64,000 nucleotides of DNA, taken from IMG/VR virus record IMGVR_UViG_3300027832_000014; one strand, 5' to 3'. Positions 19,395 through 29,409 of the stretch are shown piece after piece (position 1 is the first letter of the stretch; every line of letters begins with the position of its first letter). A model generated the notes under the pieces. That model saw only the letters and a list, made by a program, of their open reading frames with translations, made no database searches and had not been told where the DNA came from. The stretch is from an uncultured virus (IMG/VR IMGVR_UViG_3300027832_000014) (Duplodnaviria > Heunggongvirae > Uroviricota > Caudoviricetes). Position numbers and translations under genes: made by a program.

Positions 19395-19919
19395 CTACTT
19401 CTTTCCACCAGTAATCACATCCAGCCTTTTGCGTGGCAAGGGGCGCTTACCAACGGACTCGATGTTTGTTGCTACTGCGACGGGAAACACCTCTTCCATA
19501 ACCGTGATGCACGCGGTATCATTCAGTGCGGCAAACAAAGGTGCCACCTTCTTCAGCACACGTAATGTTTGGGGTTTGTTGAGCACGATGCTCTTAACGA
19601 CACGGTACTCGTAGGCACCAAAGTCGTCAGGCGTACCAATCATATATTCGAAGAAAGATGGAAAGCACCCCATGTCAATAGGAGTCTTATCCATCACGCG
19701 AACCAGCGGGGTATCTTTCCGGTTGGTATGTGAGGGCTTGGTAAGCCCGGGACTCCACGTATAGGTAAGAACCCGGAGCTGAGCGGATTGCTCCGTTGGA
19801 AACGTCCTTCTCAACTCGTTAACTAAACCATGCTCGCACTGCACCATGTTCCAACTGTTGGGGCTATCGTGTATGTCCTTTTCCACCTTAGCTAGAAAAG
19901 ACTTTAAACCCTCATTCAT
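19395..19919 (-). CDS. Hypothetical protein
   Basis: RBS AGGGAG; operonic packing. Confidence 0.65.
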   Translation of the reverse strand: MNEGLKSFLAKVEKDIHDSPNSWNMVQCEHGLVNELRRTFPTEQSAQLRVLTYTWSPGLTKPSHTNRKDTPLVRVMDKTPIDMGCFPSFFEYMIGTPDDFGAYEYRVVKSIVLNKPQTLRVLKKVAPLFAALNDTACITVMEEVFPVAVATNIESVGKRPLPRKRLDVITGGKK

Positions 19920-20231
19920 AAGAGCTCCCTTTGTTATAGGCTTTCAAGGCGAAAAGGCCCTTAGCGAAGTCGGGGCCTGGACTTCTTGGTAATCACCTTT
20001 TTGGTGTCTTTTGGTTTCTTGTCTTTCTTTTTGGGATTAGCTAGCAGAAAGTCTGGTATGTCAAACACAGGGTCTGCCGGGTCATAGGGGCCACAATGTA
20101 GCCAGTACTTGTGTGATGAGTTGTTTTGCACTTTACCCCCAACTGTTAAAGACATGCGAGCGCTACTGTAGCCCAACCCCATTGAAAGGGGTAGGCAGTC
20201 CCTCGCAAAAACATTTCTTGTATGTCAGCGT

Positions 20232-20717
20232 TTAAAGGTACGGCGTTAAGTCCGTAGTGTCGTCTCTCTCCAACTTGAATCCGTACTCCCCAAAATAACG
20301 AAGCATCCTGTTGGCCGCACTACGGGCACCATCTTTGCGTCGGTACATGGTGCTGACGAGCATGGGATTCTGTACTTTCAGAACGGCAACCCGCACTACA
20401 CTGTTGCTCCGAACGAACATCGCTTCGGACTTGTGGAACATAACAAAGAAAAACTTGTCTTTCTGCTTACTAAGTAGCAGGTCCCATGTGTACTCCCCCT
20501 GAAAGCATTCACTGGTTACATTAGTGAAAGCTGTTTCTACTTGTTGGTGCGTAACCCCTGGAAAGAAGAAAAAACCGAGCGGCTTTCCGTTGGTACCAAC
20601 CAGCTTGGCGTTCCCCCTGTTATGCGCGCCTAGTTCTTCCATTGGCTTCCAAATAACACGGTTGCGATGCAAGGTGAATTCTTTGTTACATTCCTGTACC
20701 ATTTGTACGCGCTCCAC
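20232..20717 (-). CDS. Hypothetical protein
   Basis: 161-aa ORF co-oriented with its neighbours. Confidence 0.55.
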   Translation of the reverse strand: MERVQMVQECNKEFTLHRNRVIWKPMEELGAHNRGNAKLVGTNGKPLGFFFFPGVTHQQVETAFTNVTSECFQGEYTWDLLLSKQKDKFFFVMFHKSEAMFVRSNSVVRVAVLKVQNPMLVSTMYRRKDGARSAANRMLRYFGEYGFKLERDDTTDLTPYL

Positions 20718-20731
20718 TTTGTTTGAAGAAA

Positions 20732-21004
20732 TTAAGAAGTGCCTTTTGTTTCCATCAGTAGGGACGTATATTGACTGTTTCCGTTCTCCACGTTCAAAGC
20801 TACTATCTCCATGGCCATCGCAGGGGTCATGTATCTTTGGTCCTGCAAAGCTACCAGCTTACCAACAATGTTGGAAGCTATAGCTAACATTTCTTCTGCG
20901 GTTACATCTGCTTGGCGTTTGTGTAGCAAACCCAACAAATCCTGGAAAGCTACTTCTTGCGCGGGTTTGGCCAATTTGGACCGTACTCTTGGTTTGTTAC
21001 TCAC
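20732..21004 (-). CDS. Hypothetical phage protein
   Basis: RBS GGAGGAG; LAIASNIVGKLVALQDQR motif. Confidence 0.65.
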   Translation of the reverse strand: MSNKPRVRSKLAKPAQEVAFQDLLGLLHKRQADVTAEEMLAIASNIVGKLVALQDQRYMTPAMAMEIVALNVENGNSQYTSLLMETKGTS

Positions 21005-21224
21005 GGAGCACTCCTCCTACGTTCTCGTCTGAGTTGTTGTTGTAGTACAGGCTGGGACGTCTATCGTCCGAGAAGATATCATAGTTGCTTTCGCATGTGC
21101 GATTGCTCTGGTATTGGTTGCATTCGGGGTCGAGGTACTCGTTAATACCTACACCAAGCACAACACCAATGACAATAACGATTATGGAGAGAATCATGTT
21201 CTTTCTTCCGCTAGTTGTGGTGGA

Positions 21225-22016
21225 TCACGGATGGCCTATGCGCGTCTTATTCACTGTCCGAATTAACTCTGGTACGGAGCAGGAACTGACAGCGTCCGCA
21301 CTAAGCTGCTTAAGCCACGGCATAGCGCTCAAATTGTCTTGGACGTTAAGCATCTCAGAAAGACGTGTAAACCTGCCATGTAGGAAAGCGGCGCTTAACG
21401 CCCGGTGGTACTCTTCCGGGGTTTCACCTGTGCCTACGGCGGGAGGGTCGCTTGGCTTGCAGCGCATGGCCAAAGTAGATAAAGAAGTAACCAACATGGG
21501 AGAAGCGCCCACCGACCAGTTAACTATGTAGACGTGCTTTAAAGAAGAAAGCGCTATGGCACCGTGATACTGGCACAAACCAGAATTGCCCAAAGTTAGT
21601 TGGGCGGGCTCCCAACCACGATTATGTTTTGTTTGGTCTTTGTAGAATTGTAGGCGATGGCCCCCCAAAGTAAAATTACGGCTGTCCGAGTCTTCTACAC
21701 CATCAAAACCCCGTGTAGCTTTTTCCATGGAAGTTGGATCAAAAGAGAAAAAAGAACCCCGCAACGTTTTGGCACTAATGGCTACAAGACAAGAGGATGT
21801 GCCCGCCCTCATAAACTTCTTTGCATAGTACAGAGGGTACTTGCTTATAAGAAGCAAAGGACTGTTTTGTTCTCCCACGCCTTCTACTCGTTCTGGCAAC
21901 CGATGGCCAATTAACAATTTGTTATCCAAAATATTCATAAGGTGTTTATAAGAGCAGGCCGCGTACAACACCTTGGGAAAATCGTCTGGCAGTTTGTTGT
22001 GATGTTTAGTGTCCAT
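21225..22016 (-). CDS. Hypothetical protein
   Basis: 263-aa ORF. Confidence 0.6.
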   Translation of the reverse strand: MDTKHHNKLPDDFPKVLYAACSYKHLMNILDNKLLIGHRLPERVEGVGEQNSPLLLISKYPLYYAKKFMRAGTSSCLVAISAKTLRGSFFSFDPTSMEKATRGFDGVEDSDSRNFTLGGHRLQFYKDQTKHNRGWEPAQLTLGNSGLCQYHGAIALSSLKHVYIVNWSVGASPMLVTSLSTLAMRCKPSDPPAVGTGETPEEYHRALSAAFLHGRFTRLSEMLNVQDNLSAMPWLKQLSADAVSSCSVPELIRTVNKTRIGHP

Positions 22017-22178
22017 GGTTGCCCCCCTGCAATGCCCTTAGCATTCGTTGTTGATCTTCTTCCAGCATAACCTGCTTATCTTCAAGCAGACGTGGTCTTC
22101 TATTGGAAGCGCACCAAGCACAGTGTTCCTCATTGTAACTGTCCCACGCATGTTTGCAGGTAATGCAAAGCCAATGTT

Positions 22179-22385
22179 TCATCGCCCAACGGCCACTTTC
22201 AGTTTTAGATAAGCGTCCTTGTCTTCGTGGGTAACACAGCTCTTTATTTCGGGGTAGATATGGGTACCACATTCTGGGCAATGATTAGGCAATCTAGGAT
22301 TAACCCAACAAAGTTGTGTGTTGCAGCATGGAGTCTGCAACAAACGGAATTTTACCCGCTCTGTTGTAGTTGCCATGATAACCAC
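22179..22385 (-). CDS. Small Zn-ribbon protein
   Basis: PCCNTQLCWVNPRLPNHCPECG. Confidence 0.6.
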   Translation of the reverse strand: MVIMATTTERVKFRLLQTPCCNTQLCWVNPRLPNHCPECGTHIYPEIKSCVTHEDKDAYLKLKVAVGR

Positions 22386-22475
22386 TATGCCCCTCTTATT
22401 GTTAGTCTAAACAGTAACTTAACATACCCCTAACGTGGTATGTTCTAAATGGCTATTACCAGCCATTATTTATCT

Positions 22476-22481
22476 TATAAT
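22476..22481 (+). promoter_or_regulatory. TATAAT -10-like box upstream of the structured RNA
   Basis: Consensus hexamer in an AT-rich tract; no clear -35 element. Confidence 0.35.
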
Positions 22482-22489
22482 ATGAGAGT

Positions 22490-23305
22490 AGATATAGCTA
22501 TGCCCTTTCTGGCCTACATGGCGGGCTTACGCTTCTCTTCGCTAGCGCAGCTTATCACGTAGTGGCAAGTGGAATAGATGCTGGCACTTCTACGAGAAGT
22601 AGGCATCTAACAGGATAAAACCTGTAATAGAGCTTCTTTTTCCACTCTTAAGCCAACCCAAGCACTTCTTGGGGCACCATACTCGGTTCCTCCACCCGTA
22701 GGTGGCAGCGGGCTATCTGTTTCACCCGGCTGTCTGGCATCAATAAGGCCACATCGTTTTACATCCGTGACCAGTGTTGCTCTTGCTAGAAACTCTATAG
22801 GCCAGAAACAAGAGCAACACCATGTAGATGTTTAGGCTAAGTAGGCACCACGTTGTCAGGGGCACGACAGAGCGTGGATTTGTTTTAGCTACTGGTTTTA
22901 GGAGGATGACCGGGCAGGATAATGAAAGTGTGGAGAATTGCTGGCTTGTCTTAGCTACCGCGGGCGGGGCTACTGGTCTCTCTTGGAGGAGCACGATGCG
23001 CCGTGAAGTCGCATAGTTAAGACCAGTACCACTAACGCGCCTCGGTGCGTTTGGGCCAACAACATCTACCTTGGGTGCCGGTGTCATCGGGGGAGTAGTG
23101 ATGAATCCGGCGGGAGGTTGTGCATCACACAAACCAAAGTAGAAACACTCATGGGCATAAGTGCCCCACACTTTCATTATCCTGCACGATCTGCTCCCAA
23201 GCGGGAACCAAGTGTAACCGTGGGCAGTACTTCCTTGTCTGCTTGCGCAGGGCGGCCACTAGCCATAACCGCCATGGGGCAAAGGTAAGCCCGCAACAGG
23301 GCCGG
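22490..23305 (+). ncRNA. Candidate large structured ncRNA (~800 nt)
   Basis: Nested helices 22521-30/23285-94, 22560-66/23255-61, 22914-33/23166-85 (20 bp), 22774-85/22809-20, 22971-79/23020-28, 22575-81/22603-09. G-U pairs favour the + strand. Confidence 0.7.
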
Positions 23306-23501
23306 TGCAATCCTTCGCCCGCAATTATTTGTCATAGGGTTGTTATACCCCCCGCAAAGGTGTGTTTGCTTGCATTTTAAGGCCCGTAGGGGTCGTGTCG
23401 GCGACCGGGGCAGTACCAGCGGCCCGGTTTTGTCGCCGACCGCACTGGCGGGCGTTTTTTGTGCAAGGACACATTAAGCACATCCTAGCTTGGTTAACAG
23501 G

Positions 23502-23858
23502 TTACTTCTTGCGGGAGCATTTGTGTGCAACAAAAACTTCTTCAAACGATTGGTAAGCTTCTTTCTTTGGGTCCAATGCGTCCAGGTCTAACGCACCCAG
23601 CCGGGAACCTACTTGCATAATGTCATTTAATTTATTCTCGTTACGAAGGACGGTCATGACACCAGCACATTGCTGCGGACGATCACCGGCACTGTGTGTT
23701 TCTTCCCCGTCTTCGCCGCTACCGTAATACACAGTCTTGTGGCATTGGAAAGCGGTGGCAGTAAAGATTTCCTCCAGGCGCTCTTGCGCAAACCAAAAGA
23801 CTTCTCCCTTGCCCTTTCTAAACGGGCAATTTGTGCATGGCCTCTTTAAATCAAACAT
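23502..23858 (-). CDS. Cys-rich hypothetical phage protein
   Basis: PCTNCPFR...FQCHKT...QQCAG. Confidence 0.7.
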   Translation of the reverse strand: MFDLKRPCTNCPFRKGKGEVFWFAQERLEEIFTATAFQCHKTVYYGSGEDGEETHSAGDRPQQCAGVMTVLRNENKLNDIMQVGSRLGALDLDALDPKKEAYQSFEEVFVAHKCSRKK

Positions 23859-24392
23859 CCTGTGAACCTTCTCGTTTTACAAACCGTCGTGGGGGTTGTC
23901 GCTCAGGCTAAAGGCTTTATCTACAACACCCATAAGACCACCTAACAGGGCAATAGCGGGTGCGACTAGCAAATACAGCGACTCATCAGCCAGCGCCGCC
24001 GCTAAGATCGCGGGAATCCATACAATAAAAGACATAGTTAGCGCAAAGACGGCCCCAATTGTAAACGCTTCTACGTAGGTTACATGGGGCGTATGGTCTT
24101 CCATTACTAATGGCCTTTTCGGTTTCTGGTTAATTCTCAGCAAGAACCCACTGCCAGTGTTTCTTCCAGCGACATCGCCTGACCATCTTGCAGAAATGGT
24201 AATCAATTAAAATTGAATCCAGTTCGTATATTTCGTTGAAAAGTGACTCAGAGAAGCCATTCTTCTCCTGACGCTCGATGGCTTCATCACGCCACGAGCG
24301 AATTGTGTCTTCGATCTTGTCTCGAAACAACCAACCAAACATCTCTTTCTTTCCCATAGTTTTAACAAGGGTATGGTGCGCTTTTGTGGTAG

Positions 24393-24770
24393 TTAAACAA
24401 AAGGAGGAAAGCGCAGGTGTACCTTGTCGTCTGTTTCTTCGTCGGGCAGGATGTCGACCAAACGCCCGCGCCGCTTGTAGGGTACATATATGGTGCCCCC
24501 CGAGACTTGGGTAGCTTCTTCGGCGCACAGAAGCGCTTGCTCTGTGCCGCTGACATAGTAGTCCCTTCGAAAGATACCACTTCGCGTAACACGCCACGAG
24601 ATCTCCAACTCGTGTACATACTTTATTTCTTTCAGTATGTTTCTGATGGTGTGCCTAAGCAAAAACCCGCCACGGAGAACAACATCTCCGTAGGCGGGCT
24701 CTAGTGGGGGTTGGCGATTCCTCTTGCGTGTATATTCTGCAAAGAGGGGTTCCTGTTTTATGCGAGACAC
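24393..24770 (-). CDS. Hypothetical protein
   Basis: RBS AGGAG; 125 aa. Confidence 0.5.
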   Translation of the reverse strand: MSRIKQEPLFAEYTRKRNRQPPLEPAYGDVVLRGGFLLRHTIRNILKEIKYVHELEISWRVTRSGIFRRDYYVSGTEQALLCAEEATQVSGGTIYVPYKRRGRLVDILPDEETDDKVHLRFPPFV

Positions 24771-25066
24771 GTCGGTTTCTCCTAATGTTTGTTATCTCTG
24801 CCGGAATTAAAAGATACTATCTTTCCACAGGTTGTGCAGATATCATGCACGTAAGTTACCTCGCGCATGGAGTCCAGTACCTTTTTAATTTGAAGGTCCG
24901 TGGGGTTATCCATATGTACGCGTTGTACGCCGCACACGGCACCGCGGTCGTACCGTGCTTCAAAATGACAGCCCCCAAAAAAGCGGCCCAGCCGTGGGCA
25001 CGTCGGTTCTACTTTAGTTATTCAACCCCCAAAGGGAAGCGCCATGTCTGGTGACTGTTGTGTTGC

Positions 25067-25396
25067 TTAGGGAAGGCGGATACGACGCCGGGGCTTTTCC
25101 TCTTCCAGGTCTTCCGCAATCTTCTCTTCTTCCGTAATGGGGGACTCCTTCGCAGCAAGGGCCTCCTTGCGGTTGGCCGGGTCGTTAATGTCGTAGTCGT
25201 GTACGTGGTAGGACTCATCCACATGCACTCCCACAATCTTCTTAGAATCGAGGACGTACCAGTCCCGTGCCAGTGCATCGACCGGACAGATAGACTGGAA
25301 GTCCACATGGCTTTCCAGCACAATGTGGTTGCCAAGGGGTTTCAACTTGTGGCCGGGGTTGGAGATTACGGGAAGGACTTTCCGCAGTACGTACAT
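25067..25396 (-). CDS. Hypothetical protein
   Basis: RBS AAGGA; GC3-rich codon usage. Confidence 0.65.
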   Translation of the reverse strand: MYVLRKVLPVISNPGHKLKPLGNHIVLESHVDFQSICPVDALARDWYVLDSKKIVGVHVDESYHVHDYDINDPANRKEALAAKESPITEEEKIAEDLEEEKPRRRIRLP

Positions 25397-25641
25397 ATCT
25401 TTGTTCCTTTGTGTTAGTCCAGTTCGTTGCCAGCAACAAAAGCTACCACCAACAGCACCCCTAAGCCAAGCAAGAGCAACACCCGCTCAGAAGTGCCCCA
25501 AATGGCCATGTTGGAAAGCAAGTCCAATTGCCAGTACGCGAACATGAAGACCCCGTAAAAGAACATGACCAGAAGACCCCAATAACATAGGCCCACCACC
25601 ACGTCCCCTATAGTTCTAGGAATAATGCGAATCTTCATGGT

Positions 25642-26187
25642 TTATTCTCCTTCCCAAGCATTCATTAAAAACAAACGTGTTTCGGATAATTCAATGAAGT
25701 TGTTTGCGACCCGCCGAAGGTCGTCGCTTGCCATGGGAGGGTTGGTCGCCACGGTACTTACAACGGTGACCCGCACGCCTCGCCGTTGTGCAGCTTGTAC
25801 CACTGGCACGAAGTCCCCGTCGCCCGTCATAAGCACCACATGGTCGCAATGGGCGCAGCTTTCCAGCACGCCGACCGCCATGTCTACGTCCATGTTGCCT
25901 TTGATACGGTCAACCCCGTCATTGGTGTACCGCTTGGCTTCTCGGGTAACCAAGGTGTACCCATTGAAAGATAGCCAGTCCAGTAGTGGTACCAGCGCAT
26001 TGTGCTCGTCGCCGGTATCCAACACGGCGGTGTAGTAGTAAGCAGACACCAGTCGGCAGTTGCCTTGGAAGTAGGTTAGCACCTTCTTCCAGTCCATGCT
26101 GCACCTAAGTGCCTTAGCCGAGGCAGACACATTAGCGCCGTCCACGAACAACATGGTGCGTTCATCTTTATAAAACATTGTGGTCAT
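25642..26187 (-). CDS. NYN-domain (LabA/DUF88) protein
   Basis: LFVDGAN, AYYYTA, PLLDWL, KGNMDVDMAV, TGDGDF. Confidence 0.9.
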   Translation of the reverse strand: MTTMFYKDERTMLFVDGANVSASAKALRCSMDWKKVLTYFQGNCRLVSAYYYTAVLDTGDEHNALVPLLDWLSFNGYTLVTREAKRYTNDGVDRIKGNMDVDMAVGVLESCAHCDHVVLMTGDGDFVPVVQAAQRRGVRVTVVSTVATNPPMASDDLRRVANNFIELSETRLFLMNAWEGE

Positions 26188-26427
26188 TCTTTTTTTCCTT
26201 TATAAAAGAAGTTGGTAAAGGTTTCTATTCTCGGAAGTCCGGGAAACACACGGATTCATACTCACCAGCCTTCTCGTCCATGCTTTCCCTAACGTGTTCG
26301 AGAATAACCTCGCACTCCTGCTGTGTTTTGAAAGGTAGTAATACCTCCCTTGGCATAGAGGGATCCGAAAACAAAAGGATTAGTATCCAAGGAACGTAGT
26401 CCATTTTCTTCTCCAGTTACTTTGTAG

Positions 26428-26512
26428 TGGTACCCGCAGGGGGACTCGAACCCCCACGACATGTGTCAATGGATTTTAAGTCCACTGCGTCTACCAATTC
26501 CGCCATGCGGGC
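26428..26512 (-). tRNA. tRNA-Leu (anticodon UAA)
   Basis: GCCCGCATGGCGGAATTGGTAGACGC...CTTAAAA loop, long variable arm, GGTTCGAGTCC, encoded CCA. Confidence 0.93.
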
Positions 26513-26520
26513 AAACAGCA

Positions 26521-26880
26521 CTACTTGGTCCTAAACGAGGAAAAGATTCTGTTTATGTTGGCAAGAACATTGCCTAGTCCCAACAAGGCTTCGTAGACGG
26601 TAGTAGCTTCTTCTTTGGTCCTGTACGCCAAGTGCAGGTACTGCGCACCAAAGGAACCTTCTCCCTTTGCTTCTTTGAATTCGTTTGAGTAAACAGAACC
26701 AACTCCGTGCCACACCTTATCCTTGTTGCGGGGGGACATTGCTAACCAGCAATCATCCCTGTTATTGTACCTATAGCATGTGGGTTCTGCGATTCCCTCA
26801 GACGTGTTAACCCGAATAATCCAGTAGTCTTCCGATGTTTTGGGAACTGTAACCCGGGAGCTTCCACGCATCTTAGCCAT
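26521..26880 (-). CDS. Hypothetical protein
   Basis: 119-aa ORF. Confidence 0.6.
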   Translation of the reverse strand: MAKMRGSSRVTVPKTSEDYWIIRVNTSEGIAEPTCYRYNNRDDCWLAMSPRNKDKVWHGVGSVYSNEFKEAKGEGSFGAQYLHLAYRTKEEATTVYEALLGLGNVLANINRIFSSFRTK

Positions 26881-27550
26881 AGTTACATCTCATTCTTTTA
26901 GTTTGTGGTTGTTGCTATCAAAGGCTGGAAACGTTTTCCTTGCACCAGAATCGGTGTGCCCAAACGTCTCGCACGTAGAAACCACTCCAAGAAACCACAG
27001 TGCGCCTAACACACACATGAAGCAGATCATCTTACTCTTTGATGAGGTGGCCTTGCGTGCCTGTTAAGCGATGGGTTACCGCTGGACCAAGCGCGCTCTT
27101 GTCTAGTGGTTCGAACCCGGTATTAAAACTCATTGTCATAGCAACCCTCTGCACAGTAAAAAAGAACAATGTAAACAACGTACTGTAATTGCCCCAACGT
27201 GTAATGGTTCTTTTGTGAAAAAGAGGGGGGCCGGTGACCCCGCTAGGTATAGGCAACCGGCCCCATATTGTGTCGACAGGGGGCCTTACTTGCTGGCGCA
27301 CCCGGCAAGGTACTTGTCGACGGGCTTGACCAACGCCTGTGCCCTCTCAACGATACGCTCGGCAATGCGGTCACAGCGTGAATCCCGGATGTTGGTGCCA
27401 CACAACTCCCGCAGAGCTTCCTTGTCGATGGACTCTGCATCGATACCGTTCATCAGCTTGCTCAGATAGGCCGAAGCAATCTGCTTGTCGGACACGGGGG
27501 TGAAGGCTGGGGTCTTCTTCTTCTTGGGAACGCCGTCGACGGAAGGTTTC

Positions 27551-28084
27551 TTAGCCATGGTTTCTTGTACTCCAGTGAGTGCAGAAATAAGGCGGTGCAG
27601 AAGTAAGGGGGCGTACTGCTTTGCCATGAGCGCCAAAGCTAGCAGCAGCTTGCTCTTTACTTCTGCACCTAACTATGCAGAAGCGATCGGGAGGGGACCC
27701 CTCCTGCACAGTATTACTTTCCGAGGAATCTCGGGGAATGAGATAGAAGTACCGTATTAACCAATAGTCCGAGGAGGACACAAATACCAGTGCCATTTGG
27801 GTTGCCTTGCATATTTCTTTCAACTGAAGAACATTGAGGAATTCTTTACTTTTGTAGTCTTTGGCCTCTTTATATGTGGGAAGATTTCTAATGTAGTGCA
27901 ACCTCGCGCTCCCCGTTAAGCGTGGTCCTACCCAAAACCTTCTTGGACCACGAAGATTCTCTAAGAGCACGTTGGTTTGTCTAGACCGTGTTGCCAGCAC
28001 ATCGGTTAGGAAAGCATCGCACGCGGTACGCACTGTGTTAGTGCTTAGATACACACCGCTACTTTTTAGAAGAGCTTTTACCAT
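27551..28084 (-). CDS. Hypothetical protein
   Basis: 177-aa ORF with RBS. Confidence 0.55.
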   Translation of the reverse strand: MVKALLKSSGVYLSTNTVRTACDAFLTDVLATRSRQTNVLLENLRGPRRFWVGPRLTGSARLHYIRNLPTYKEAKDYKSKEFLNVLQLKEICKATQMALVFVSSSDYWLIRYFYLIPRDSSESNTVQEGSPPDRFCIVRCRSKEQAAASFGAHGKAVRPLTSAPPYFCTHWSTRNHG

Positions 28085-28300
28085 GGGCCTTCTTTCCTTT
28101 CTTCTTACTGGGATTTAGTTCGTATTGTTTTTACAGGTGCTCTACATTTTTCCACTGTACCAATTCTGGTAAGGCAAAACTGGCACTGGGAAACAAAACG
28201 TACAGTTCTTTTATAAGAGCATTTAGGCGGGTATCCGTCCACTTGCGTCGGTATGTGTTCTCCGCGCTACTTCTTACTTTGTGTAATAAGGCCATGACGG

Positions 28301-28588
28301 CTAACCGCTACACCGACCAATGCCACAAAGCCTATTGCCCGCATGTTTACTAAGAAACATTCTATTGCAACGAAGGCACCGGCGGTGCTTGGTCTCGGAA
28401 TCCTTTTCGTTGTTGCCTACCTTGGTCGGTATGTCGTAACCCAACTTGCGTAGACGCGCCGCTCTGGTGTAGACAGAATCAACGGTTATATCGAGTTCAA
28501 TAGCTATGTTGACCGCGGACGTGCTTGTTCGCCACAGAGCCATAAACTTCTGGTTTTCTTCTTTTGTGTATTTACCAACGCCAACCAT
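28301..28588 (-). CDS. GcrA-like HTH protein with C-terminal Zn finger
   Basis: YTKEENQKFMALW...AVNIAIELDITVDSVYTRAARL; CLRC...NRLC. Confidence 0.6.
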   Translation of the reverse strand: MVGVGKYTKEENQKFMALWRTSTSAVNIAIELDITVDSVYTRAARLRKLGYDIPTKVGNNEKDSETKHRRCLRCNRMFLSKHAGNRLCGIGRCSG

Positions 28589-28611
28589 AGTAAACCTCTT
28601 GTAGAAGAAAG

Positions 28612-28689
28612 TGGTGGTCCCGGTAAGACTCGAACCTACAACCGAACTGTTATGAGCAGTTAGCTACTAACCAATTGAGCTACGGGACC
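28612..28689 (-). tRNA. tRNA with CAU anticodon, probably Ile2 (elongator Met not excluded)
   Basis: GGTCCCGTAGCTCAATTGGTTAG...AACTG-CTCATAA-CAGTT...GGTTCGAGTC...ACCA; one extra base in the D stem. Confidence 0.85.
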
Positions 28690-28702
28690 GTTCTTTCTCA
28701 AA

Positions 28703-28918
28703 TCATTGTCCGCTGACATAGGTGTACAGGGTGGCCCGAACAGCGCAGTCCTTGGCTTCCAGCATCTTGCGCAGCATAACAGTGCGCTCAGGGTTGCGCG
28801 CAATGACGTGGCACATGGTTTCCGCCAATTCGTGGAACGGCTTGGAGATCTCCTGCAAGTGCGGCGGGAGGTGGTCATACTTGAAAAACTGTGCCAGTGG
28901 TTCCGTATTAAAGCTCAT
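28703..28918 (-). CDS. Conserved small helical-hairpin phage protein
   Basis: QFFKYDHLPPHLQEISKPF...NPERTVMLRKMLEAKDCAVRA; RBS GGGAG. Confidence 0.8.
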   Translation of the reverse strand: MSFNTEPLAQFFKYDHLPPHLQEISKPFHELAETMCHVIARNPERTVMLRKMLEAKDCAVRATLYTYVSGQ

Positions 28919-29080
28919 AGCGTATGCTCCCTGTAAGTGCCTAGTTGCCCATTATTATACGATAACGGCAAAAAGACCATGCCTTCTCGCTAAATGGTTT
29001 TCTGTTATGGTTTAACTTGACTGTGACCGGAGTGTGACATCCAGAGAGCGGAACCCCGAAAGGTTCCGCCTTGCTGGGTG

Positions 29081-29242
29081 TTAGGGTGTAGGGTTCTCCG
29101 TCTCGCTCCGCGCAATTCGGGCGGCGCACATGGCGATCGCCACATTGCACGCCGCTTGCGAGAAACGCAGGGCGTCCGCGGAATCGCTGGATTTCGCTGC
29201 CTTGTCCACCAAGACTTCAACTTCTTTGGTTTTGTCATTCAT
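29081..29242 (-). CDS. 53-aa hypothetical protein (not in the ORF track)
   Basis: MNDKTKEVEVLVDKAAKSSDSADALRFSQAACNVAIAM...; followed by a UUCG hairpin at 29048-29069. Confidence 0.6.
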   Translation of the reverse strand: MNDKTKEVEVLVDKAAKSSDSADALRFSQAACNVAIAMCAARIARSETENPTP

Positions 29243-29409
29243 CGGGCGCCTCTTTCAGAACGGTCCGTACAGGGGCAAACATGTTGTCGCGACCGTCGAT
29301 CGCAAGTTCAATATTCTCGACGCGACGCAGCGCGTTCATCACAGGTCGCGACACGCTTTCAATAGGTTCATAATCTGCTTCTCCTTCTCGGGCCATGCCC
29401 GGTGTGTGA

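Noticed and set aside
22989..23025. Resemblance to group II intron domain V (GAGC..ATGCG..CGCAT)
   Set aside because: The lower stem cannot pair, and there is no domain VI, reverse transcriptase or interrupted gene.
22740..23177. 145-aa minus-strand ORF
   Set aside because: No recognisable motifs; lies inside the base-paired region, which is better explained as RNA.
22914..23185. 20-bp inverted repeat as an invertible segment
   Set aside because: No recombinase in the window; the repeat nests within other helices.
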